From Owenia fusiformis (lineage: Eukaryota), in assembly GCA_903813345.2 (NCBI GenBank), contig CAIIXF020000001.1, forward strand, positions 30,070,001 to 30,134,000: a stretch of 64,000 nt of DNA, written 5' to 3'. Below are positions 51,901 through 62,293 of this stretch, in pieces. Positions within the stretch are counted from its first letter, which is position 1; each line of letters begins with the position of its first letter. The translations under genes were made by a program, and so were the position numbers. The notes beneath the pieces were generated by a model. It saw nothing but the letters and a program-made list of their open reading frames with translations, did not search any database and had not been told where the DNA came from.

Positions 51901-53877
51901 ATAACAGTATCTAGGTTAATGAAAACACAGGATTAAATCCTGCGCAAAGGCCTGATGTGAAAAAGTCAGTCTGTTCTTAACTGTTCTCCCCAGAATTCTC
52001 TCTTGTATTTTGACTGAATGCAAATTTATTGTTTTAGCTTTATTTTAAAACTTCAACTGGTAATAGTAAATTTGACCAGCAAAAATGACCAGCAATGTTA
52101 GTGTTAAATGAAAACAATGTGGCGGTTGAATTCGTTGTCCCTGTATATGATGATTAAAAGTAAATTATTTAAATAATATGTAAAATTACACTTGTATTAA
52201 ATGTTTTGATTGTCTTTTAAATGTTTCATTCTTGAATTGGTGGGTATTATAAGTAGATATCACAAAGAAAATGTCAGCAATGCACCTCAGCTTAGTCCAC
52301 AGAGTGAAAAGACTCACTGAAAACAAAGACAATTGACTGAAATGACACATGCTATTTATTTGACCATTTAGTAGTAGTGGTAGTATATGTAGAGCTATAT
52401 ATGATTAAGCATGATGACTGGCGTGAGGAATTCTACCTCTCCTGTATGGCAGCTGGATGTGATACATGGATTGACTGAAGGATTATGTTATTTACTTCTT
52501 ATTCTATATTATAAGCATTTTGCTTGGAATGTAAAATGTTACTGTAAAATGATATCACTTACTTATTGTGTCAAATTATTTCACAATCCAACAAATATAG
52601 TCACCTATAGAATTGTATTTACAATGTACTATGTGAAGTTTGTGCATAAGGCAAAATTAGGATGACAAAATGTGAGTGCATTATGAACCTAGGATTACAC
52701 ATCACACATTAGTTATGAGCTCCTGTTAAATACTACATACATGTAGATTCTGCAGTCACTAAACAATTTTATCTTAAAAAGAATTATGGTGAAGTCTAAT
52801 ATATGTCTGAACCCTCTATTGTGTAACTGATTAATCCTATACTGATGGACCAGGTCAGTATATCGATGAATGATGAATTACTATTGGTGCTGTTTACATT
52901 CATCAATTTTTAAAAAATATTTTGTTTTGTGATTTATGTTCAGTTACAATTTGGTTGGAGGGGCCAACCTGAAATGTAATTCATTATCTGAAAAACATAT
53001 ATGTAGAGATCTGTTCCTATAGAAGAATGAAAAATGTCTTCCAAGCTCTAATCACTTGAATTTGGTAATGATTATTCATTACATGACTCTTGCTAATGAT
53101 TCAATCTGTTTAAGAATTATTTGTGACTCAAATGATGAATGTATGATGAACTAGTACTAGAAAATCACTCTTATTATGAACTTATAAGTTTCTTCATGAA
53201 CTAACTCTGCTATATGTCCAAAAACAGTATGAAATAAGTTCCAGAATGTGTTCAAAATCTTCATATAGGATAATTGTTCAGTAAGTGTATGATAGTGTAT
53301 ATGATCATTCCAGAACGAGGTAGGCTTGAAGCAGAGGAGAGAGCCAGACAAGAAGCTGAAGATGAGGCCAAACGTAAAGAAGAGGAGGAAAGACAAAAAA
53401 GGGATGAGGAAACTGCCAGAATGGAACAGGTATTCTTTAGAATTAACAGACAATCCAGCATATTCATATCTTCTTTTCAGCTGTTAATAACTTAATACTG
53501 CCTTATATTACACACATTTTTGAAAGTAATAAAGCCAAGAATTGCATGTTATAGAAGTAGTGGTCCCAAGCTCTTGTGGGATTATTGACAATGAGTAGAG
53601 CAACCCCTTCATGTAGCTCAGAGCTCCGAGCTAGTACAATATCTATAGAGTGCTTGTTTGATTTTTTAAAAGTGTTCCCGAAAGTAGGATTCAAGTATTT
53701 TCAGGGAAATGTGTATGGTGGCCATTTTCATTTCATTTGATTAGTATTATTTTATGTAATATCCAACATGTCAAATTCATCACTTAGGAAGAAGAGGCTA
53801 AAGCTCTCAAGAGGAAGTCTGAGGAAGATGAGGGATCAGACACAGAGGAGAAAAAACAGAAACTAGATGATGAACAT
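42966..53877 (+). CDS. uncharacterised protein, N-terminal part: EF-hand-like region, charged coiled coil, NLS-like motif
   Basis: Phase-compatible GT-AG exons 42966-43106, 43737-43906, 44167-44348, 50070-50218, 50515-50587, 51262-51342 (symmetric phase 1, possibly optional), 53314-53429, 53788-53877. EF-hand-like IFQQYDADLKGELTAVQA and FSMLDREMKDTITEDQA; E/K/R-rich exons; KRKSEEDEGSDTEEKKQK. Confidence 0.8.
44406..44478. mobile_element. tiny Tc1-like MITE
   Basis: TA-CAGGGTGACTCAAAAACAGAA ... TTCTGCATTTTTGGATCACCCTG-TA. Confidence 0.55.
44770..48381 (-). CDS. LINE ORF2 (APE endonuclease, reverse transcriptase, C-terminal CCHC), 1203 aa, intact
   Basis: TGNVQGL, ACLQES, NAYAPN, GDFNC, RRIDY, SDH; SPGLDG, WRPLTLTNVDYRILAK, DYEKAYD, GIRQGCPLSPLLF, QFADD; CKFC...EHYFIDC. 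Confidence 0.96.
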   Translation of the reverse strand: MVNIFTGNVQGLRKKVTRHTMFRYLKREKIDIACLQESFVTENDIVNWSKEWGGQLFANPGTNHSKGEIILINKTCEAENVKLLVKDDRILIIELDFEDEHFIICNAYAPNKASEKINFYKKVQNLIKRYNTHDVNFLISGDFNCILNQNLDNISGALHSQREIQSFNACIDKNDLIDIWRIHNPNDKCYTWKHKTQNIMRRIDYMFCNDFLFDKIVCTGIENFPTSDHRGTIINVKINNFEKGPGYWKFNNSLLENHEYVKIINDTIENLSKNEDKLDKQILWDYCKVKIKDISCIFSKQLAKSKRDQIKDMKNKLEKASSELILNPGNKDINQLVNKFKLQYEMLCAGESKGALVRSKVKWHEQGEKSTKYFLQLEKARATNKCITSLNLADNTTITNQERIADEILSFYTNLYSKKIVFRKASLDDFLNNVEVPKLSQTDRESCEGLITVDQCKHALKYMKNNSSPGLDGLSVGFYKVFFTRISTLFLESFNASFISGELSNSQKKGVMVLLPKKGLARSYLKHWRPLTLTNVDYRILAKVLANRLKKVISKIVHENQSGYIKKRSAATILRAIDDIICYIDTNNLQGIMLAIDYEKAYDSISKEFMLESLKNFGFGPSFTKWVNILNTNGTNHILNNGWILGNVKLDRGIRQGCPLSPLLFILATELLSCKIRQSEKIKGIKTPGQDKEFKLFQFADDTSMFLNDDVSFNHTLKVFNEFYSISSLKVNPQKTEAMWLGRFKNRLDGLGHVKWKLKPDNNIKILGITFSTGKVVNNPVNFEPKFSKCENIMKSWVSRNLTIIGKIVLAKSLLLSQFPYLLQAFILPENLLNRINTLLFKFIWAKGRFKEEDLKKIPDRVKRDILVQNYNNGGLKMINVKDMQVAFALRWVSKLVEGGVGHWRIIPCYMYNILGRDFSVFNSNVPYDKIKGINNCNEFYKNLLEYWLKYSNSCDSSIIWNNQYITRFREPLLFVNWIKKGIIYVTDVVRNSKLATYDELCQKIHRNGQSFLEYQALRNSLSDEMMQRYGNVLPNKSLKFRDIDCKILKTQTIREKLTLDRKIPLYHNNILIETNVWKCLYSCTKDTSLLILQWKIFHNIYPNGVFLKKCRLQQNDFCKFCQPDVQDTLEHYFIDCNFIKNIWRNSLLSNDEKLGLSPVPKDKMLEALIIKKTIHRYKCNENLNVLSLKAIFDLEKEAYFVL
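48409..49664 (-). CDS. LINE ORF1 (three CCHC zinc knuckles), probably frameshifted near 48800
   Basis: First ATG at 49664 (MDKSKL); CRICKEDHEAKNC, CFSCGSEGHRKSEC, CWQCGSSTHQKKDC. The S/T/P-rich tail continues in another frame to a stop at 48409, 27 nt before ORF2. Confidence 0.85.
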
Positions 53878-55268
53878 GTAAATGTACCATTTTTGACAGG
53901 CTTATAGCTTATAGCGACAATATCAAGATTTTTGAGGCTGTTTTTTCATGTGAACTCTATTTTTGCCTGTTTTCCTAAATAGTTTGCAAGGTACTGATAC
54001 ATGTAGTTTAAGAAACATGGACCAAAAACAAGTATTTTATCCTTGGATTAGAGGCCCACATGGGTGGCTATTCAAGTTTTCTAGATTCAAAACTTTGTAC
54101 TGTCAGATAAGATACTTATGAGGTCCTTATTGTAGTTCGAACATGACATGGGTCTCTCAACACAAGTAATGTGTAATCACTACTTTATAAGATCACTTCA
54201 AGAAGTGGCTTCCATTCTTTTGACCAGTAGTCCCGATTCAGTAATTGACATTCAATCTCTGTAACAATTGTTACACTTTTGTAACTATTTGACATAACTT
54301 ATCAGGTGATTGAATTTTGTCATGTTATTACCTTGTTCAATACAGTGAATTATGTCATGTTCGAATGTACACTCATTATTAACATTTCATGCAATACTAA
54401 TATCTACTGCTTTAGGTCCAGAATTGGGTTGGATATAGTGCAAGATGGGGCTGCTCCACTTTTGTGTAGTGTAATATTGTGAAAATGTACTTCCTTGTTA
54501 TGTTTGAATGCAACACTTTGAATAAGAAACTTGAGTTGTTTTTAAAATTGTTAATTCACCGACTGATCAAACCACACATGTGCATTTTTACATGGTAAGT
54601 ACTAAATGTAAATTGTTAAAGATGAAAAAGAGGTAAAATTATTTATCTACACATTCTGTTTATATTTGACTGAAGGATCTAAACACTTTTATTTACCTTC
54701 GAAATTATATGCTTTGGAGCTTCATATTAAATGCTGTATATAGTTTGGTGCTTAGAAAAAAGAATTTATTCATTGTGGAATTGCTTTGACTAATGACTGT
54801 GTTTCATAGCTTTCTGAGCTTTATTAGAACAGTCATATAGATCTGTTCATTCTGTACGTGCATAGAACAGAGAAGAATTGTTGATAATCTACAATACATG
54901 CAATGTATATAGTCTCTTGGTCAGGTTCTGCCTAGCTTACAGATCCGGGTTGACATTAGAATAGACATAGAGAGTGAAAGTAGGGTCCAGTGTGGACAAG
55001 CTTATTTGAAACACGCTTATTCAAATATATGGACTCAATTCCTAAAAAGGGGACCAACAAATTTATAAGGAGAGGTAAGTCACACTCTTTTTTTACATAT
55101 TTTTCTTCGACGTTGATATTACATATTTTTCCTCAACGCTAAATAAATGATATTTTATCTAAGACAGTTATAAAATACAATTGTTTGTAGTAACATCTCA
55201 CAAAGGATTTGTAAAGAATGTAATCCATTAAACATCATTATGGTCATAAAAATATGAAATAATTATAG

Positions 55269-58200
55269 GATGATGAGGCGTATACATTGCAAATCATGAA
55301 GGTCAGAAAGTTGGAGGGAAAGTGGCAGAAACAGCAAGATGGTGTGCTCTGGGAAGATGCAAGTCAACTAGAAACTGACATATTCAATAAGGTTAGATGC
55401 AATTAAATCTGATGACACCATGTAAAAGTTTTCCTATAATGAGTTTTTGATGAGGGTATCAAAGGAATATCTTGAAAATTAACATTGAAAGTGATTCATA
55501 TTTCAAGGCTTTTGCTAAAAGAGAACTGTTAACTTATTCATGTCTTTGGTATTTTATCAAAAGCTTTACTTATATGTTATTGTGTACTTTGCTCAGGATG
55601 GTGTGTCAGCTGTTGTAGTGGCCAAGGTAAAACAGATTGATGGAGATTGGCACAAATTGAATGAACAATCTGGAGACTGGAAGAAACTAGATTCAAAGAC
55701 TGCAAAGAAATATGAGGTATTCATGAAACTGTCATTACATTTGTATTTTGCCATGGCCTTGGATATACATCTATACGAGTTTCCTTTCACAATTCATACT
55801 CGGAATATTTTTATAAAAAATGTCATTGCCCCATATAGTCCATTTGTTCACATTTCATTTATAGTTGACTACCACTTGTGAACTTATTATCCCAACGAAC
55901 GAAGTTCGTTAGGGATATAGTGAAGCCCTCCGTCCGTCCGTCTGTCCGTCCGTCCGTCCGTCTGTCCGGAAGATAACTCAAATACTAGTCGACAGATTTT
56001 CTTCATATTTAGTGGAAAGATGTATATTGGTGAATAATTTTACGCAAAAAAAAAATTTTCAAGATGGCCGCCGCTTTAAAAATGACGGGACTTTTTCGCA
56101 AAAATCATAAATTTTTCATTCTAAACCAAAGTAATTAATATTATTGTTTGAAATTTTGGTAGAGTATTCACAACATTTATCTATTTCACATATATTCCGT
56201 GTTTTTCATCCTGACCCCCAGGGGCCATGTATGGGGGGACAGGAAAACAGAAATTTTCGCTAATTTTTAGATCTTTCTGAAGTATAGCTTTATTATACTC
56301 AAATGAAAGGCAATTAAGAGTAGATTGCAAATATTGTATCTTTTTCTGATTCGAGCCTCGTAAAATTCAAAATGGACGTCTAATGTACGATTTCGCAATA
56401 ATTTTTCGATCCCTTCAAAGTATGGCTATATTATACTCAAATTGAAGGAATTTTGGAGTAAATCACAATTATGGTATTATTTTTCAGATTTGTACCTCAG
56501 AAAATTCAAAATGGCTGCTTTGCAGGAATTCGCAATTCTAAAATCTAATTTTTTCATTTTCAACCAAAGTAATGAGTATAATTGATTGGAATTCGGTAAT
56601 TGATATTTTGTTCGTTGGGATTTGCTACTCCGCGGAGTTGCCGTTATCTAGTTGATTACATTTTTATGATTCCAGACAAATGGTATTGTGCACTTTGAAC
56701 AGAAGAAGGTTAAGAAAGTGGATGATGTTTGGAAAGAGTGGGATGAAGAGAACCAACAATGGAAGGATGCTGCACCAAATAATGCTCAGAAATATGAAGT
56801 GAGACATTTATGTTTTCATATAATCATTTCAACATTATTGGAATAACAGCAACAACATTATAATCTGGTTTAAAACTGTGTCTTGTTTCGTTAGATTATT
56901 TTTTAATACCAATCCATGTTGATATTACAAACAAATGAACGGTGAATTGTTTTCATATGTAGTATAGAAATTATTTCTTTTTAGTCTTAGTTGTTTCTGT
57001 TTACATCATCATATGCATGTTTTACTTCAGCTGGGTGACTTCACTGCAAGACCAATAACACTAAGAAAGAGAAATGAAACCTGGCAGCAGTTAAAAGTAG
57101 AAAGCAATAGCTGGGAAGATGTTACACCAGCTAAAGCAGAAAAATATGACAAGGTAAATAGATGAAATTGAGAATGAATTGAATATTAGAAACACTGGTA
57201 ACCATACAAGTACAAATGTATTTAGCTATAAAAAGTAAGCATGTCTGTTGTTAGTTTTTCATACTTGAAACATGAGTAATTTTGAGATTACTTGAAATAA
57301 TTATCATCAATTCACAACCTGTTAAGCTTATTTACTTTCCTTTACTGTAAACATTTTCTTCCCAATTTTGCAAACAGGAAGGTACTTTCCTTTACTGTAA
57401 ACATTTTCTTCCCTATTTTGCAAACAGGAAGGTATAGAAAGTGCTACAACACAACAGATAAAGGAGCAGGATGGGGAGTGGATGAGACTTCATGAGAAGT
57501 CTGGGGAGTGGAAGACACTCAGTGCAAAGAAGGCTGAACAATACAAGGTATGTAAAAATGATGATGTAATTTATTTTCAATTTCAAAAGGATTGCACAGA
57601 AAGTCCACTCATCAAACGCATCACACAATTGTTTTCTCCATTAAAATAACCAAAAGTACCAAATTCATCAATTAATTTGCATTTATCCATTTGTGATAGT
57701 TGCTATTTCCAATGTAGGTTGAAATTCCAATAATGGACAGCTGTTTACCAGATGACAAGATGGAGACAGATAGTCAAGAGCACACGCTGCAGATAACTAA
57801 AGTTAGATATAATGAGGGCAAATGGCAGAAGAAGCTAGGTGGTGGGCAGTGGAAAGATACAAGCCAACTAGAAGCTGACACTTTTAATAAGGTATTTACA
57901 TCATTTCGAGGGCAATGCATATTCATATTTTGGTATGTGTACATATTATCAATTGGCCTATCATGAAATTTAAATGTTATTGTATACCTTGCACAGGATG
58001 GTGTGTCAGCTGTTGTAGTGGCCAAGCTAAAACAAATTGATGGAGAGTGGCACAAGTTGAATGAACAATCAGGAGACTGGAAGAAACTAGATTCAAAGAC
58101 TGCAAAGAAATATGAGGTATTCATGATACTGTCATTACATTTGTATTTTGCCATGGCCTTGGATATATATTTCCGTTCATAATTCAGTCCCAGAACACAA

Positions 58201-61200
58201 AGTCTATCTAGCACATTTCCTTTATAGTTGGCATTGATTATATTTTTATGATTCTAGACAAATGGCATTGTGCACTTTGAACAGAAGAAGGTTAAGAAAG
58301 TGAATGATGTTTGGAAAGAGTGGGATGAAGAGAACCAACAATGGCAGGATGCTGCACCAAATAATGCTCAGAAATATGAAGTGAGATATTTAAGTTTTTT
58401 ATTATAATTTCAGTATTATTGGAATAACAGGAAATGGTTTAAAGCTGTTTTGTTTCAGTAGATTACTTTCTAATGATAATCCTGGTTGATATTATAAACA
58501 AATGAACATGTCAAATGAATTGTTTTCATATGTAGTATCTGAATTATTTCTCTGTAGTCTAGTTGTTTATGTTTTCACCTTCATATATGTACACATGTTT
58601 TACTTCAGCTGGGTGACTTCACTGCAAGGCCAATAACACTAAGAAAGAGAAATGAAACCTGGCAGCAGTTAAATGTAGAAAGCAATAGCTGGGAAGATGT
58701 TACATCAGCTAAAGCAGAAAAATATGACAAGGTAAATAGATGATGATTAAGAAATTCATTTGAATTGAGAATGAACTGAATATTAGAAACACTGGTAAGC
58801 AATAGCTGGAAAGATGTTACACCAGCTAAAGCAGAAAAATATGACAAGGTAAATAGATGATGATTAAGAAATTCATTTGAATTGAGAATGAACTGAATAT
58901 TAGAAACACTGGTAAGCAATAGCTGGAAAGATGTTACACCAGCTAAAGCAGTAAAATATGACAAGGTAAATAGATGATGATAAAGAAATTCATTTGAATT
59001 GACAATGAATTGAATATTAGAAACACTGGTAACCAATAGCTGGGAAGATGTTACACCAGCTAAAGCAGAAAAATATGACAAGGTAAATAGATGATGATTA
59101 AGAAATTCATTTGAATTGACAATGAATTGAATATTAGAAACACTGGTAAGCAATAGCTGGGAAGATGTTACACCAGCTACAGCAGAAAAATATGACAAGG
59201 TAAATAGATGATGATTAAGAAATTCATTTGAATTGAGAATGAACTGAATATTAGAAACACTGGTAAGCAATAGCTGGAAAGATGTTACACCAGCTAAAGC
59301 AGTAAAATATGACAAGGTAAATAGATGATGATAAAGAAATTCATTTGAATTGACAATGAATTGAATATTAGAAACACTGGTAAGCAATAGCTGGGAAGAT
59401 GTAACACCAGCTAAAGCAGAAAAATATGACAAGGTAAATAGATGATGATTAAGAAATTCATTTGAATTGACAATGAATTGAATATTAGAAACACTGGTAA
59501 GCAATAGCTGGGAAGATGTTACACCAGCTAAAGCAGAAAAATATGACAAGGTAAATAGATGATGATAAAGAAATTCATTTGAATTGACAATGAATTGAAT
59601 ATTAGAAACACTGGTAAGCAATAGCTGGGAAGATGTTACACCAGCTAAAGCAGAAAAATATGACAAGGTAAATAGATGATGATTAAGAAATTCATTTGAA
59701 TTGACAATGAATTGAATATTAGAAACACTGGTAAGCAATAGCTGGGAAGATGTTACACCAGCTAAAGCAGAAAAATATGACAAGGTAAATAGATGATGAT
59801 TAAGAAATTCATTTGAATTGACAATGAATTGAATATTAGAAACACTGGTAAGCAATAGCTGGGAAGATGTTATACCAGCTAAAGCAGAAAAATATGACAA
59901 GGTAAATAGATGATGATAAAGAAATTCATTTGAATTGACAATGAATTGAATATTAGAAACACTGGTAAGCAATAGCTGGGAAGATGTTACACCAGCTAAA
60001 GCAGAAAAATATGACAAGGTAAATAGATGATGATTAAGAAATTCATTTGAATTGACAATGAATTGAATATTAGAAACACTGGTAAGCAATAGCTGGGAAG
60101 ATGTTACACCAGCTAAAGCAGAAAAATATGACAAGGTAAATAGATGATGATAAAGAAATTCATTTGAATTGACAATGAATTGAATATTAGAAACACTGGT
60201 AAGCAATAGCTGGGAAGATGTTATACCAGCTAAAGCAGAAAAATATGACATGGTAAATAGATGATGATCAATAAATTCATTTAAAAAGCTATTTTAGTGT
60301 TCATTTTTCATACTCAAAGTTGATAAATTTTCTTTCCATATTGCAAACAGGAAGGTATAGAAAGTGCTACAACACAACAGATAAAGGAGCAGGATGGGGA
60401 GTGGATGAGGCTTCATGAGAAGTCTGGAGAGTGGAAGACACTCAGTACAAAGAAAGCTGAACAATACAAGGTAAGTAAAATTATATTGCAACTTATTTGT
60501 TCAACTCAAAAAGGTTGCTCAGAAAGCACACTTATCAATCAATCTGAGGAAATAATACATATATTCTCTCACAATGAATAGAAATAACCAAAATACCTAA
60601 TTTCATTAGTTCATTTGCATTTATCAATTTCTAATAGACACTATTTCCCATTTAGGTTGAAATTCCAATAATGGACAGCTGTTTACCAGATGACAAGATG
60701 GAGACAGATAGTCAAGAGCACACACTGCAGATAACTAAAGTTAGATATAATGAGGGCAAATGGCAGAAACAGCAAGGTGGTGGGCAGTGGAAAGATGCAA
60801 GCCAAGCAGAAGCTGACACATTTAATAAGGTATTTAGTATTTACAGTGTTAATACTGCAGTATATTATTAGGTGATTGAGTGATTCAAGTCAAATACATT
60901 TGTTGATATTCTATTATTGCATTAAGCCCCTGTGGGGAGGTGACAATATTCCTTTGACTGCATACACACTGATTTATGATTGCATTTATTCCAGGATGGC
61001 CTTGATGCAGTTGAGCTAAGAAAAGTGAAACAGATTGATGGAGTATGGCATGAATTCAATAAAGAAGCTGGTGCCTGGCAAAAGGCGGATCATCAAACTG
61101 CGCAACAATATGAGGTAGCCCTATCTTTTTCGATTTTTTCCTCATTATGTCTGGCTATGCCTATAAAGAATGTTGATGAACCCTGAGACATGTTTCTAGT

Positions 61201-62204
61201 TAGCAATACACACACCTACCTAATTAATATCCTTTTATTTACACATCTTATCTCATCTAGACAAATGGTATTGTGCACATTGAACAGAAGAAGGTTAAGA
61301 AAGTGGATGATGTTTGGAAAGAGTGGGATGAAGAGAACCAACAATGGAAGGATGCTGCACCAAATAATGCTCAGAAATATGAAGTAAGACATTTAAAAGA
61401 AATTGTGATGGAATATTTTCTGCTCCAAATTAGCATAAATATAGCACAATTTGAAGTTGAACAATAGTATTGAAGCCACAAGTGGTGAACTTTGACTCAA
61501 TTAACTTTTGAAGTTCAGTGATAAAATGGAGGACCAATTTTCTACTGTTTCAACTAAATCTGTACAACTGAAATATCTGAATTTGTCAGTTTTCTTGACA
61601 GAAGTGAAGAGCATTGTTTCTCCATTTTAAAACTGGACTGCCGTGAAAAGTAAAGTAAATCACAGTCCAGCACTTGTGCCTTTTGTGGCCTCAAAATCAT
61701 TGATCTCCGTGAATTATGAACAGAAAAAGCAAAGTAAACAGTATTATCTTACAAAGAACAACCAATAAAAATGAGTGCTGTAACAATGTACATGGCAGAA
61801 TGATGCTTTTATTTTAGACTGGGGAATTCAATGCAAACACAGCTATTGTGCGGAAACAAAATGGAATATGGCAGGAGCTTGATAGTAATGATATATCCTG
61901 GAAAAATGTATCTTCACAAACAGCTGAGCGTTATGAAAATGTATGTATGAGGTTGATCACATAAAAGCCAACTTAGTTTTAATGATATAAGAACTGTCTT
62001 TCAAAGGTTCAAAGAAGTAGTAATATCAAGAATGAATGTATAAGCTCACTACAATGTAATATATATGTTTATTACTTCCAGGATGGTATTGAACATATAG
62101 CAACCAATAAAATCAAAAGGGATAGTGCTGGACAATGGTCGATGTTGAATGACAAGAATGGAGAATGGACAAAAATTGATCCTAGAAAAGCACGAGAGTA
62201 TGAG
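55269..62204 (+). CDS. 15 phase-0 exons each encoding one two-Trp module (5-exon cassette x3)
   Basis: AG/GT-bounded, stop-free exons of 120/123/174 bp: 55269-55391, 55597-55716, 56676-56798, 57031-57153, 57428-57547, 57718-57891, 57997-58116, 58258-58380, 58609-58731, 60351-60470, 60656-60829, 60995-61114, 61261-61383, 61818-61940, 62082-62204. Example: DGVSAVVVAKVKQIDGDWHKLNEQSGDWKKLDSKTAKKYE. Linkage to the upstream EF-hand exons is inferred from strand and phase. Confidence 0.82.
55884..56653 (+). mobile_element. non-autonomous Helentron-associated (HINE/DINE-1-like) element, copy 2
   Basis: 5' subterminal IR ATCCCAACGAA with adjacent hairpin, (GTCC/GTCT)n microsatellite, 3' TTCGTTGGGAT, terminal hairpin GCTACTCCGCGGAGTTGC, CTAGTT end and T-rich insertion site. 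Confidence 0.82.
58681..60270 (+). repeat. 117-bp tandem repeat (~13.6 copies) made of the last 51 nt of an exon, its donor and 66 nt of intron
   Basis: Unit AGCAATAGCTGGGAAGATGTTACACCAGCTAAAGCAGAAAAATATGACAAG|GTAAATAGATG...AGAAACACTGGTA. Single-copy and slightly shorter at the paralogous site 57103-57200. Confidence 0.95.
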
Positions 62205-62293
62205 GTACTTGCTCTGGTTGTTTATAGCAGTGATGATATTGCTGAATATGTGCAATTGTTCAAATTAACTTTGAGTTTTATTTTCCTTCACAG

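Noticed and set aside
54925-55074. Possible extra exon (AG...GAG|GTAAGT) of the plus-strand gene
   Set aside because: In-frame TAA in the phase required by the neighbouring exons. It could be non-coding or an alternative first exon, but I cannot support that.
58605-60251. 548-aa minus-strand ORF with a 39-aa repeat
   Set aside because: Antisense shadow of the 117-bp tandem (a multiple of 3, stop-free by chance). The unit derives from a plus-strand exon/intron junction.
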